Shown in pieces: positions 1 through 14,450 of a stretch of 64,000 nt of DNA. This stretch comes from the human T2T-CHM13v2.0 reference genome, Homo sapiens, in the NCBI RefSeq assembly GCF_009914755.1, contig NC_060928.1; one strand, written 5' to 3'. Position numbers and translations under genes: made by a program. Numbering within the stretch: position 1 is the stretch's first letter; every line of letters begins with the position of its first letter. Below the pieces are notes generated by a model, which did no database searches, was not told the DNA's origin, and saw only the letters and a program-made list of their open reading frames with translations.

Positions 1-585
1 CAGGGATCTAGAACTAGAAACACCATTTGACCCAGCCATCCCATTACTGGGTATATACCCAAAGGACTATAAATCATGCTGCTATAAAGACACATGCACA
101 CATATATTTATTGTGGCATTATTCACAATAGCAAAGACTTGGAACCAACCCAAATGTCCAACAGTGATAGACTGGATTAAGAAAATGTGGCACATATACA
201 CCATGGAATACTATGCAGCCATAAAAAATGATGAGTTCATGTCCTTTGTAGGGACATGCATGAAATTGGAAATCATCATTCTCAGTAAATTATCACAAGA
301 GCAAAAAACCAAACACCGCATATTCTCACTCATAGGTGGGAATTGAACAATGAGATCACATGGACACAGGAAGGGGAATATCACACTCTGGGGACTGTTG
401 TGGGGTGGGGGGAGGGGGGAGGGATAGCATTGGGAGATATACCTAATGCTAAATGACGACTTAGTGGGTGCAGTGCACCAGCATGGCACATGTATACATA
501 TGTAACTAACCTGCACGTTGTGCACATGTACCCTAAAACTTAAAGTATAATAATAATAAATAAATAAATAAAAAGAAAAAAAAAA
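1..585 (+). mobile_element. Young L1PA (L1PA2/3-like) 3' end: ORF2 C-terminus, 3' UTR, poly-A
   Basis: ORF 113..346 ends ...HRIFSLIGGN* (L1 ORF2 C-terminus), followed by a G-rich 3' UTR tract and cctaaaacttaaagtataat + A-rich tail. Continues left of the window. Confidence 0.95.
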
Positions 586-788
586 GATCAGATACCACAA
601 TCAACAAGAGGGGTAGAAGAGATGGAGAAGGGCGCGTGGGTAAGTGTTGAATTTCAATTTTTTAAGTGTGTATTTTGTACTCTTTCTAGGTACAGGATTA
701 AAAACAGGCCAATGTGGAAAAAATTGTTATAATTGTTATAAATTGTTTATATTGTTATAAAACTAAAATCAAATCAAGAAAAAAATAT

Positions 789-1170
789 AAAATAATAATA
801 ATAAATTAACCTAGGATTACTATAACTTTTTTACTTTATACACTTTTAAATTTTCTTAACTTTTTGACACTTTTAAAACATTTAGCTGAAAACACAAATA
901 CATTGTACAGCTATACAAAAGTATTTTTTCTTGTTTCCTTATTCTATAACTTTTTCTTATTTTTACTTTTTAAATTTTCTTTTTTTTTACTTTTTAAACA
1001 TTTTTGTTAAAAACTGAGACAAAAACACACACCTTAGCCTAGGCCCACACGGGGTCAGGATCATCAAGATGTTACTAGGCAATAGAAATATTTTAGCTGT
1101 GTTATAGTCTGATAAGACCACTGTCATATATGTAGTTGGCATTGACCAAATGTCATTATGCAGCACATGA
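789..1170 (-). mobile_element. Tigger3 (TcMar-Tigger) DNA transposon fragment
   Basis: Ends cattgaccaaatgtcattatgcagcacatga (Tigger3 terminus), similar to the copy at 24651-24990. Confidence 0.7.
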
Positions 1171-1477
<307 letters not shown>

Positions 1478-1685
1478 GACCATATTTGTTTTGCAATATA
1501 GCTAGTACATTTATCTTTCCTGTGAAATTGTACAATCTCCCCGCATTCTGCTGGCCCCTTATGATTTCCCAGTGTATTTACTAAGCTTCACAAACAACTG
1601 TGAGAATGCTGGTTCAGTGTTGATTTTACATAAAATTAAAATTCATTTTTGCATGAAACTAAGTATTTAAAACTGAGTTACATAC

Positions 1686-1758
1686 CTGAATTCAAAAAAG
1701 GTAAGTTATCTTTTCCGCTCACACTTTCCGGGGCTGTACATTCACATACCAGGGCACA
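1686..1758 (-). CDS. INPP4B: INPP4B internal coding exon (73 nt, phase 0-1), CALVCECTAPESVSGKDNLPFLNS
   Basis: Long poly-T tract then ttttttcctag|TGT GCC CTG; donor AAT TCA G|gtatgt. 24 codons + 1 nt, continuing the recalled INPP4B sequence after ...VQGQK. Confidence 0.96.
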
Positions 1759-3429
1759 CTAGGAAAAAATGTAAAAAAAAAAAAAAAAATTTGAGAACAA
1801 TCAAAATAAGGAATGATATTATTTTATTTGCAAAACATAAGGCTATGTACATGGTTTCAAAAAGTTTTGAATAAAATACTTTTTAAAAACTATTTCTAGC
1901 TCTATCTTTACTACAAAGAGTGTTTAACTTGTGATTTACTTAAATGTATACAGAATATGCTTATATTAGATAATTGTAGAGGGTACTCAGGGAAAAAGTT
2001 AAAATGAGAAAAATGATTATCCCCAACATGCTAGAGATATGTTCCTAGCACAGTAAATCATATTTGACAAGCTGAATCATTTTGTATTTCTTTCACCTGA
2101 GCTAATTTCAGATCAATAGAAAGCAAATTATTTTCTAGAGTTTAAGTAATTGCAACTTTAAATAAAAGACAAAATATGTTGACGCCACTAGTTATATAGG
2201 GCAAAAGATTATTTTGCCTCCAGCAAAACAACGCAAGCACTTGCTCAAAAAGTATGAGGATCATTTATAAATAAGCTGATCTCTGGAATCCATAATGAAT
2301 TGATTAAGCTCCTGACCTTTACAGTACTGTCAATTTCTCAACAGAAAGAGAGAAGAGATACAGAAGAGCACATGGACATGTTCCTAGTGAATGAACCACA
2401 ATGGGAGAGAATGTCCAAAACAATTCCTCACTAAATGTGGTGCTCTCCCTCAGCTTCCTATGAAACTGTAATGGAAAGAGGAAACAAAATTCTTCTGGCC
2501 CCAGGAGTTGGACGAAATCTATTTTCACACAGGAAGACTCTAGCATTTGTGTCTTCAAATGAGTTTCCTTTTATCTTTAGAAAAAAATATGGGGGTGTGA
2601 GTGGGGACAGGGAAGAGGATAGTGAATTTTTAGAGTAAATATACCCAATATAAACAAGTAAATGCAAACAGAAGAAAGCAAACATACACACAAAAATTGC
2701 AGAAAGTTCTTTTGGTGATGAGGTCTAAGGGAACCAGCCATCCTTCTGTAAGTTTTGCATGGCTCTGCTCAAGGGGCTCTGAGGGCTCAGACAAGCTTCT
2801 CCAAGGCTCTATCAGCCTTGCTTGAGCTATTTCCCCACTGTTCTGTCTCCCTCCACCTCTCCTTCCCCAGGCACTGGCCCTCTTTAAGAATCATGTACAC
2901 TGAGGTCACTTTTAACAATGGAATGTATACGTTCCTCAAACATTTTGAGGAAGAAGACAAAGAATTCAAAACACTGATTTAAATGTTACTTTCTGTTTTC
3001 TTATAGTCTACTGCTTATTCCACAATCATAACATTCATCACATTACTCAGTAAATTTTTTGATGGGGTACAAAAGTGCTTTCATAATTTCTTTATTGAGG
3101 TCCTAGTTGACTGAAAGAATGAATGACTGAAAACAGCTCTTAAAATTTGATGTTCTCTAAATCGCATTTCTGACCACCCCGAAGTCAGAAGTGCACTTCC
3201 TCTAATCCACAGCAATTTTGGAAATGCACTTCCTAAATCACTAGAATGATGTTCAATGATACTAGAAATACATAAAATTCTAATTTTTCCTATTTTCAAT
3301 ATTACCTCTAATTCTTTTAGCATATACAGGGCTGTTAAAATAATTTTTCATCAACGTTATATTCATCATATCAGTGTTCTACTCTACAATGAATAATAAC
3401 TACTTATTTAGCTCAGAGTCTTATGGCTT

Positions 3430-3915
3430 ACAGGGGAGTACACGATCTGTTTCTCCCTGCCCCATGAATCTCAGCCCTCAACTCCAACCACTACTCCTCT
3501 ACCCCTTAGCTCCAGTCACACTGGCCTATTTGCTGCTCTTTCAACACAAAAAGCATGCTGCCACCTTGGGGCCTTTGCTCTTGCTATTGATGTTACCTAG
3601 AATTCTTATTCCTGACATATATCCCCATCTCACTCCCTTATTTCCTGAAAGTTTCAGCTCAAACATCACATTATCAGTGAATCTTTCCTTAACCAACATC
3701 TAGTATAAACAACCATGCCTAAGCACCACCTATTCCTTTTACCCTATCTTTTTTTCTATACAGCATATAGCACCAATCAATAATATATTACCTGTTATTT
3801 TAATTGTTTTCTTCCCCTGAAGGTACCATCTGTGTCTCTCTGGTTCATTGCTGAATCCCCAGAACCTAGTAGAATGCTTAGAACTTAGTAGGTGATATTT
3901 TTGATGAATGAATGA
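3430..3915 (+). mobile_element. L2 3' end
   Basis: Degenerate L2 3' motifs (gggcctttgc..., cattgctgaatccccagaacctag) ending tgaatgaatga. Confidence 0.65.
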
Positions 3916-4694
3916 TGATTATTTGCCTACAAATATTCTCTATAAGTTAAGGCTTATTATAATATTTTCAATTTTATATTTGGAGGAAATAAAGGGATAA
4001 GACCTTCTGAGACTGGTCACTAGCCACTCAAAGACTCCACCTTTCCTCTGAGCACTGCTGATAAACTACAATGAAAACAGTACTTCAAAGAACAGGAGCA
4101 ACATGGCCTGAGAAAAGCAGGTTTTCAGAAGGGGATGTATTTGTATTCCACTTACACTATTTTTGCTGGTATCATCAGTAAGACATTTTCTTTCCTTTTG
4201 TAGAAATCACAGTCCCTTTGGTCACTTGTGCTACGCTGCATTCCAATACAACACAGATCTTAAACTAATAGAAGAGGTAAGGCAGGGGCTGAACTAAACT
4301 AAGCCTCTCCCGTGCCTCACTGGAGGATGCTCCTAACAATGCTTTAATCCTGACAGGAAGCTGATCATCTCTGCTGCAGGCAAAGAAGGGCTGTGCTCAA
4401 TGGGAGGACTTTTCCTGTCTCAAGCAATCCTTTTGGCTGTTACTTATTGGGTTTTCTCATTTTTCACCTGATTTGATTATTTGGTTCCTACTTATCCTTT
4501 CTCTAATAGCATTGTCTTTGACTACTTCAAAAGTTGTTCTGTAAGTTTCTTTATTTTTCTTCCACAGTCCTACACTCTTCACTACATGCCATCTTATTTA
4601 TTGATCCACCAATTGTTATGGAGTTATACGCAGCCACATATTCTGTCTTCTATGGGATAATTTTTAGCTTTACTTCTTTAAAGTAAAATTGACT

Positions 4695-4830
4695 TCATTT
4701 ATTCATTTATTTCTGACTTAGACTGTTTCAGGCACTGGGGATAAAGGAGGGAACGAAAATAGACAAATAGTTTTGTCTCATGAAGTTTAATATTAGTGAG
4801 GAAAATAGACCACAAATGAGATAAATTCGT

Positions 4831-4881
<51 letters not shown>

Positions 4882-5590
4882 CATTGAACAATGACAAGTA
4901 CTAATCACAAAAATAATGCAGAGAAAGGCGATAGAAAGCTCTGAGGTAGACACTGCAATCTTAGATAGGGTTGCAGGAAAGGCTTCAGTGAGGAGGTGAC
5001 ATTTCTGCATAAAGACCAGAAGGAAATAAGTGAACCACAAAATTACCTAGGGAAAACACTTCAAAGGTAGGTGGGAAAACTAAGTGCAGGGGCCTTGAGT
5101 TGGCAACGTACCTGAAATGTTCAGGAACAACAAGGAAGACAATGTGACTGGACTGTAGTGAGCAAAAAATAGGAGCTGGGGAGGAGGTCAAAGAAGTAAT
5201 GAAGTTCCCAGGGTTGGGACGGGGAGACTCCTGTAAGACTGTGTTTGGTCACTGAAGGGCTTTGAGTTTATACTTTCAGAGAGTTGAGAAGCTGTGAGAG
5301 GAAAGACATGTCCTAAGTTTCATTTAAATAGGGTCGCTTTGTTGCTCTGTTGAAAATAGACTGATATAGTGACATGTGGTGGCAGATCAGGGAGAGAAAA
5401 GGAAAAAATCAGGGAGACTTTTAAGTCATTACTGTAAACATCCAGGTGATAGACAACATTGGTAGCAGTGAAAGGGCCAAAAGTTGTTAAATTCTGGTTT
5501 CAATTAAAAGGTGCAGTCAACAGGATTTGCTGACATACTAACTGTGAGTTTATGAGAGGCAGAAAGGAGTCAAAGGTGACTCCAATAAAA
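4695..5590 (-). mobile_element. L2 fragment
   Basis: Starts tcatttattcattt, then caggcactgggga...aggcttcagtgaggaggtgacattt, typical antisense L2. Confidence 0.65.
4834..4879. repeat. (AT)n microsatellite, ~23 units
   Basis: Uninterrupted atatat... run. Confidence 0.97.
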
Positions 5591-5943
5591 GAAAAAATGT
5601 TTTGGATACATAATGCAACATTCATCTACTATGCTAGTTTCGAAAAAAGACAATTTTAGTATTTCTCTTGTAATTTTTTCTTTCTAGTACTATGTGGTTT
5701 TAATGCTTTATCTTCTATTTCTATGTGTGTATATATTGAAGTTTGAAACAATCTAATATGGTAAATGACCTCTGAGCAATCTTCCCTTGATAATAAATAT
5801 GTGTTCATAATATGATTTATGGAAACAAGAAAAAGAAAGCAAACGTATGTGAGAAGAAAGAGTTTGGATTTTCACTTATATTTTATTCCATGCTCTGGAA
5901 TTTAAGACTCAAGATTAAAATGTAGTATTTTATATAAAGGTAC

Positions 5944-6427
5944 TGTTATGGACTGAACTGTGTCTTCCAAAGTTCATATGTTGAGGCCCCAGCCTCCAAT
6001 ATGACCATATTTGGAGATAAGGGCCTATATTATGGAGGTAACTAAGATTAAAAGAGGTCATAAAGATGGGGTCTTAATACTACAGGGCTGGTATTCTTAC
6101 GAGAAAAGGAGAAGATACCAAAACACTCCCTCTCTCCCTTCCTTTCTCCTTTCCTCTCTCTTTCTCTCTCTCTCTCTCCCTCTCTCTCCCTCTCTCTCCC
6201 TCCCCCACTTCCCCTTCCTGCTTATACACAGAAGATAGACCATCTGAGAAGGTAGCAAGAAGGCAGCCATCTGCAAGCCAAGTAAAAAGCCCTCACCAGG
6301 AACTGAACAGGCTGGCACCTTGATCTGGGACTTCCTAGCTTCCAGAACCGTGAGAAAATAAATTCCTGTTGTTTAAGCCATACAGTTTATGGTATTTTGT
6401 CATGACAGCCCAAGCTGAGCAATATCA
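5944..6427 (+). mobile_element. MaLR solo LTR (MLT1A-like) with internal CT-rich tract
   Basis: tgttatggactgaactgtgtc...gcagccatctgcaagcca...ccagaaccgtgagaaaataaattcctgttgtttaagcca. Confidence 0.85.
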
Positions 6428-9241
6428 GTATCACTCTCTTATTTACGTCTACATTAGATAACATGTGTCACTTTCATGGCACATGACTATGGTGCTAATA
6501 GAAGTTTCATTCCTTTGTCCCTAGCTCATGCAAACCAATGAAAGCAATGTTATTTTAGGAATAACTTCTATTTCAGTTACTTTCTCTTTCCATAATGATA
6601 GTCATTCATGTCTTAAATCACCGTTAGTAACAGATAATATTAATTGATTTTCTATGGATTTTTATTTAGCAGATGTACAAGGGTCCATGCATTTGCAGTT
6701 CTAAAAAGCACTCTAGGTGATTCTAACCACACTTTGAAAAACGCTGAGATAAAGTTATTTACACAATAAATATCATGCATGTTGGGCCTTACTATATATC
6801 TCAAACATCGATATTCTTAAAGATTGCTAAGAGAGTTTACAGTTACTTTATCAAAAATTTGCAAAAAAGGTCAAGGTTTACAAATAATCCAGACAGGGCA
6901 GAGCTGATGCCAAAATGTTTGATGTGTTTACCATTTTAGTCAGCTTATGACTCACACACGGTGTGTATTGCCACTGCCACCTCCTATTTCTGGAACAGCT
7001 CAGTTAAGTCTTTTTAAAGTTCATGTTCCTAAGCCAGAAACACTATGTAGGATTTGGGTGGGGGCATATCTCTAGGTATCAAGTTCTCCATTTATGAAAA
7101 GAGTATAATTTAATTTCCACTACCTTATACTATAGTGACATAGTCTGGAGTCAAAAGGTGGGCTAGTTTTGAGGAAAGTGGAAAAGTGGCTGGTAATATA
7201 TTTAGAATCAGAGAAAGGAGCTCTACTTTGAAATGGGAAGTGTTTCTGCTACTGGTCTCCTGGTACACAGTTACAGGTCTAGGCATAATTATCTGCCTAT
7301 TTCTGCTCTGTGTCCCCAGTTTAGCTTCCGAATCCTCCTTCCTTGATCATGATGCAAGTGTTCATGTGATAGTGACAAAGATGAGTCTTATATAGAACTA
7401 CAAAACAAACAAGGATGGAATGAAGGGATCCAGCCCTAAGACAGGGTTTCGAATGCACAAACTCAAGAAAGTCTGCTCCAAAACTTTACCATGGCCCTGA
7501 TATTAGTTAATAACCTGATTTAAACCTTGGGCCTTCTTAAAATATTTTTATAATGTGGGATATATTCCAAGGAGAAGGGAGAGTAACAGAGAAGAACAAG
7601 GTTTAGGGTAGCAGAGAAGACCCTAGCCTATTCTGGGAAAAAGAAAAAAAAATTGAAAGAAAATATTTGATATTTTTGTAAAGTTAATAATTTGTTACGT
7701 GTTGGATAAATACCATCTTCCATGCAGCAGTTTCCTGGGTAAGAAAAATCAAACATGCTCCAAGATAAGAGACACTAAACCAGAAAATAAGTCACAATGG
7801 GCCTTAATTATTTAATGTTCATTTATAAAGCTTTTCTTCTACAATCAAGAACAAGACAAAGATGTCCATTCTCACCACTTCTATTCAATGTTATACTGAA
7901 AGTTCTAGCTGGAACAATCAGACAAGAAAAAGAAATAAAAGATATCCAAATAGGAAAGGAAGAAGGGAAATTGTCTTTGTTTGCTAATAACGTGATCTTT
8001 TATGTAGAAAACCCTAATGACACAACCAAAAGAAAAAAAAAATCAGTTAAAACTGATAAATTCAGTAAAGTTGAAGGATACACAATCAACTCACAAAAAT
8101 CAGTAGTGTTTCTTTACACTGACAGCAAACTATTTGAAAAAGAAATTAAGAAATCAATCCCATTCACTTTAAAAAAATACTTATAAGTAAATTTAACCAA
8201 GGATTTGGAAGATCTGTGTACTGAAAACTATAAAACATTAATGAAAAAAAGTTGTAGATAACACAGATAAATAGAAAAGTATCCCATGCTCGTGGATTGG
8301 AAGAATTAATACTGTTAAAATGTCTATACTACCCAAAGCAATATACAGATTAAATGAATCCCTATCAAAATTCCAATGTCATTTTTCACGGAAATAAATG
8401 TTAAAAATCCTAAAATTCTTAAGAAACCACAAAAGAGCTTGAAGAGTCAAAGTTATCTTGAGTAAAGAGAACAAAACTGGAGGAATCATGTCAGCTGACT
8501 TCAAAATCTATTATAAAGCAAAGTTATCATAATCAAAGTGGCATGTTACTGGCATAAAAACAGACACATTGACCGATGGAACAGGGCAGAAAGCCTATGA
8601 ATAAATCTACACATATATGGGCAATTCGTTTTCAACAAAGGTACCAAAAACACAGAATGGAGAAAGGGCAGTCTCTTTAACAAATTGTGTTTGGAAAACT
8701 AGATGTCCACATGCAGAAAAATAAAATTGGACCCTTATCTCATGCCATGCTCATGCACAAAAATCAACTCAAAATGAGTTAAAGACTGAAAAATAAGCCC
8801 TAAAACTATAAAAGTACTAGGAAGAAAACATTTAAAAATGCTCCATGACATTGTTCTGGGCAAGATTTCTGTAATATGACCCCAAAAGCACAGGAACAAA
8901 AGCAAAAATAAGCAAATGGCATTGTATCAAACTAAAAAGCTTCTGCACAGCAAAGGAAACAATAAGGAAACAACTCATGGATTGGGATAAAATATTTGCA
9001 AACCATACACCTGATAAGGAGCTAATATTCAAAATATATAAGAAACTCAATAGCAAGAAAACAACCCAATAAAAAATGGACAAAGGACCTAAAAAACACT
9101 CGCAAAAGAAGACATACAAATGGCCAACGGATATATTAAAAAATGCTCATCATTGCTGATTACCAGGAAAATGCAAATTAAAACTACAATGAGATACTAT
9201 TTCACACATGTCAGAATGACTATTATCAAAATGATGAGGGA

Positions 9242-9618
<377 letters not shown>

Positions 9619-10003
9619 TTATGCACTGTTGAGAATGTAAATTAATACAACCATTATGGAAAACAATACGGAGGCTCCTCAGAAAACTAAAAATAGAACT
9701 ACCATAAAACCCAGCAATCCCACTCTGGGTACTCCAAAGGAATTGAAATCAATATGCCAAAGAGATATCTGCACTCATGTTCACTGCAACATTACTCACA
9801 ATAACTAAGATGTGGAAGCAATCTTAGTGTCCATCATCAGATGAATGGAAAAAGGAAATGTGGTATATACCACAATAAAAAACTATTCAGCTTTGAAAAG
9901 GGGGAAAGTTCTGTCATTAGTGACAACATGGATAAACCTGGATGATATTATGCTAAATGAAATATGCCAGGCACAAAACAAATACTGAATCATCTCATTT
10001 ATA

Positions 10004-10715
10004 TGCTGAGAAAGAAAAGAGATTCTTGGGACCCCAAACTCACTATGTCGGAAGGAAAGTTAAGATTGGGAACTGAAACACACAAAAAACTGCCTTTGTT
10101 TTTTTCCCCCGACGAACAGATAGCTGCAATGATAGAAGCCCACATCTCTCCCCAGATGCCCTCCTTCACAAATTGCTCACAATTCCTTGTGGGCCCCAAC
10201 TCTTTCAGAATATATAACCCCCTATAAAATAGCCTTAATACAGAGTTTTGTTGAATCTCACCCTAACAATGTAAATTAACAGCTTATATGTCCACAGGGA
10301 GGGGACAAGGACAAGACTAGAAAATCATCCCTCTGCCCACCCTGAGCCAAACACGTAATTGACTTCTTTTATTTTAAGTAAAATGTGGATTTACTGAATA
10401 TGAGAGGAATGCATAATTGACTATTCCTCTTCTCCCTTTCACATATAAAATGTAGATTCACTGAGCACTAATGAAAGCCTCACTATGGGACCACTTACCT
10501 CATTGCCTACCCTCCCCCCTCTTTTTTTCCTCTCTTCTTCCCTTCCTGCTTACTCTTTCTCTTTTACATATCGGAGTCCTCAAAACCCTCTTTGGAAAAG
10601 GCAGGGGTCACAGATGCTCCTCTAATTTGTGTTTTTTCCCAGGTGCAGCCTCAACCTTGGCAAAATAAACATCTAAATTAATTGAGACCTGCCTTGGTCA
10701 TTTTTTTAGCTTGCA
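10004..10715 (+). mobile_element. ERV1 MER4-group solo LTR (MER39/MER4-like) inserted in L1
   Basis: TG...CA termini splitting the L1 phrase catctcatttata|...|tgtggaatcta. TATAAAA at 10223, AATAAA at 10664, and a MER4-group-like end (aataaacatctaaattaattgagacctg). Confidence 0.75.
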
Positions 10716-11884
10716 TTTGTGGAATCTAAAAGATTCAAACTCATAGAAGTAGAGGGCAGAATGATGGTTACCAGAGGCTGGGGGAGGGAAAGTTTAGGGA
10801 AATGGGAGGTGCTCATCAAAGGGTACAAGTTTCCGTTAGCCAGGAGGAATAAGCTTTAGTGAGTTATTGAGCAAAATGGTTACTATATAATAGTCCATTG
10901 TAGATTCCAAAATTGCTGCAAGGAGAAATTTTAAATGTTTTTACCACACACACAAAATAAGTATGTGAGGCGATAGATTTGTTAATTAACCTGATTAATC
11001 ATTCCATAACGTAAATATATATCGAAACATTACATTGTACCCCAGAAGTATATACAATGATTGTTTATTAAAAATAATTTTTTAAAATGCTCATTTATTA
11101 AAAGGTAGAAATTATAGTGTATAAAATTCATTTTCCTAAAAGAAACTACTAGCAGTTTCTAAGTCTACCCCATGTGCTTCAATGGTCTCAATAAAACAGG
11201 CAATTGCATTCCTAAGAAATAAATTCAGGCTAATATTTACATAGTTTCTCTGCCTTAGTGAAAAGGAACAGAAAGAAAGAAAGAATCCTGGACACATATT
11301 TATATGCATCAGGCCTTTATTCTGTGTTTCAGGAAGCAGCTTCTCCTTCCGTTGCCATTGTCCCTCCTCCAGAGCTATTCCTTCAATGAATACTATTTCC
11401 TGCTTCTCTCTCCTCAATCTCATAAGGCAGGAACTTCTTGTTAAATCTGCCCTCCTTCACGTAAAGGTGAAATACAAATTAAAATCGCATATCTTTCCAA
11501 AGAGGGTTTTGGGAGTAGAGAACAAGTTATTTTGGGCAATAGCCATCCCAGAATCTTCTGGCATCTCACATAGAGTTAATTATGGTAAAATGCGACAATG
11601 ATCAATACTTTTGTTCCAACTGAGAAGAGGCAGTGCCAACCAGGGAGCTGGCAGGGAAGAGGAAGGTGCTTCTGAATGGAGCATTGCTTTGCATAGTTCC
11701 AAGCAAATAGGCCCTTTGATTCAGAGGCTGAAACACACATATTGTATTCCAATTTCAGAGCTGTTGTCCCATTTAGGTTTTGATAATGAGATTTCAAACC
11801 CCACAGAGATGTTGGTGAGACAGACATCTGGCAAAGCTGATCATTTTTAATTTAATTTGTACAATGAGCAGACTGAGATCCTAC

Positions 11885-11996
11885 CTTTTGTCCCTGTACA
11901 TCTGTGGTGATGTGGTCGGCTTCCCCATCCTCAATCTCCCCCATCTTCACGACACTGACTTCTATGGTGCCAACCACTTTGCCACCATCTGAAGTT
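11885..11996 (-). CDS. INPP4B: INPP4B internal coding exon (112 nt, phase 2-0), [37 protein letters not shown]
   Basis: Acceptor attttttgttgcag|A ACT TCA and donor CAA AAG|gtagga. Visible inside ORF 11852..12064(-). Phase fits both neighbours. Confidence 0.97.
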
Positions 11997-12151
11997 CTGC
12001 AACAAAAAATACACGAAATGGAAAGGTAAGAAGCTTCTCTCTCCCCCAAAAATATCCAAAACACATTTGTTTCTGAAAACCACCAGCATTGTTATTTACT
12101 TAATAAGACAACATCTGCATAAAACACAGCAAAACATGTTAATAGGGTAGG

Positions 12152-12154
<3 letters not shown>

Positions 12155-12184
<30 letters not shown>
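12155..12184. repeat. (TG)n microsatellite abutting an Alu tail
   Basis: tgtgtg... run directly before the T-rich Alu tail. Confidence 0.9.
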
Positions 12185-12460
<276 letters not shown>

Positions 12461-14249
12461 TGTTGTTTTTCATTTGAAATTAAAATTATCCATGAATGTG
12501 TGAGGTAAGAGCACGGACTGTCGAAAAGTACCTTAGGAAGATGAAACCTCCTAAACGTTCTCAGAGGTGCCCTCAAGGAAAGAACATTGTGTCATAGATC
12601 AATACCCCATTTGGAACCATCAAATCTAAAACAGCATAAACTGCAGCCCATCTATACTAACTGCATGAGATACCTATGTGTCTATCACAGAAACTGTGGC
12701 CAAGTAAAATAGAAAAGAGTATAAATATTCTTATCTTCCTCTATGACTGGGCTATTGGCTACAAAATCTGACTTTGTGCCTTTTCTCTAACATTTTTGTT
12801 TACATGCTACTAAGTACAAAAGATTCTCTCCTAGCAAACATAAGAACATGTAAAGCAGAACATAACCCAAAGCTCATTTAGTACAACTCTTTACTTTTTC
12901 AGATAAAGAAACTGAGACTCAAAAAGATGAGAAGACCCTTCCAAGGTAACGAAGTGGCAATTTCAGGTTTCTATCTTCTCCAAGTCATTGACAAGTCTTT
13001 TATATTCAATGATAATAATATAAGATTTTCACCATCATTATTTTTAGCAGCATAAAAATTTTATGTTTGGCAATAATAATGAAAGCTAAAGATAAGTTTA
13101 AGAGCCACACTTTAAGATTCTCTAGTTTCCTTTTCCGAGCAAGAAAAACTACAGAATAAATAGTGCCATTATACCATGGAAACACTGCACATATAATATT
13201 TTTCACTTGAGCCTTTTGTGAAAATAGGTAGCAAGCCACCTCATAGATATGATGTGTTGCTGTCACTTCTATTTCAGTAGAATTAACTGAATAGTCATGT
13301 GACGTCTCATTTTCTTCATTAGTCACATCTTTCATGAAATTTGTTTTCAACTTTTAGCTGAACACCAATGTTGTCTTTCTTTTAACTAATTCCTTCTAAA
13401 TGCTGCTTTTTTTTAGTATTAAAAGTGTCAGAAAGCAGAAGGGGCATTTCTATGAGTAGTTTACCAAAATGCTAATTAAAATAACCAATAAATTAGGTGA
13501 AAAGAAACGCTGATTCTATTACTAGATAAGGTACAAATTAAAACACGACTTTTGAATTATGTTTTTAAGAAAATTAAAAGAGAAAATTTCTGATAGCATG
13601 TACACAGCTGATTTCATAGTGCAATAAAATAAAAAAATTAAAAATAAAAGTGATTTATTGTTAAATAGATTTCTTACTAAAATAAGAAGTGAAATGCTTC
13701 TTGGTGATTTTGAAATCAGTGGAAATTATAATGTTGATTCAGTTGTTTGAAATTAATATAGAGAGCAAGTATTTATCACAAAGAAGATGTGTAGGCAGGT
13801 GACAGCATGATCTGTGAAGAAAACTATATTAACTCTAATCCTGGGATGGCTTTAAATAATTCATTATATCAGTTTTCCAGTGTGTCATATTCTCATTTGA
13901 ATATGACATAATAACTTGTCATAAGTCATGGTGCAGCATGTTTCTGTATAATTCTTCAGTACTTAGTAGTTAAATAAAGCATATAATAAGGACCTTCATG
14001 GGTACTACTTAAAAGTTAATTTTATAGATATTTGCAGATTTCTTTTTCATCAAAACTGCTTATCTATAAAAACTAAACACGTTTTTCTTCTCAAAAGGCT
14101 TGTTTTAAACTTTTTACTTGGGCAAGCTAAGTTAGCTTAATTGCTAGAAGCACAAGGCCTACGTATGATATTCTAAATTTTTTCACTGAACTAATCCAAA
14201 TAATGCACCTACTGATTTGCAACAGAAGAGCTGTGTAATAAACCGTATA

Positions 14250-14450
14250 TGTCATATTGGTTAAAAGTGTGAACTCAAGAGTTTGAGTTATCTGCTAGCT
14301 GTGTGACTTTGGGCAAGTCATTTACCCATGTGAATCTTTGATTTTCTTATTTGTAAAATGGAGATGACAATAGCCTTGTTTAAGAATTAAATTATGGGAG
14401 ATAATTAATGTAAAGTGCTCAACACAATGTCTTACACAAGATAATTACCA
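14250..14450 (+). mobile_element. MIR
   Basis: MIR core gctgtgtgactttgggcaagtcatttacc...tttgtaaaatggagatgacaatag. Confidence 0.75.

Noticed and set aside
113-346. 77-aa ORF as a gene
   Set aside because: It is the C-terminus of L1 ORF2 in a retrotransposon copy.
400-424. G-quadruplex-forming G tract
   Set aside because: Standard feature of young L1 3' UTRs, not locus-specific.
722-760. Short tandem attgttata-like repeats; also local duplications near 34070 and 40824
   Set aside because: Ordinary slippage duplications in AT-rich DNA.
7797-8186. 129-aa ORF with reverse-transcriptase motifs as a novel RT system
   Set aside because: Decayed L1 ORF2 fragment. The catalytic FADD motif reads FANN and the frame terminates.
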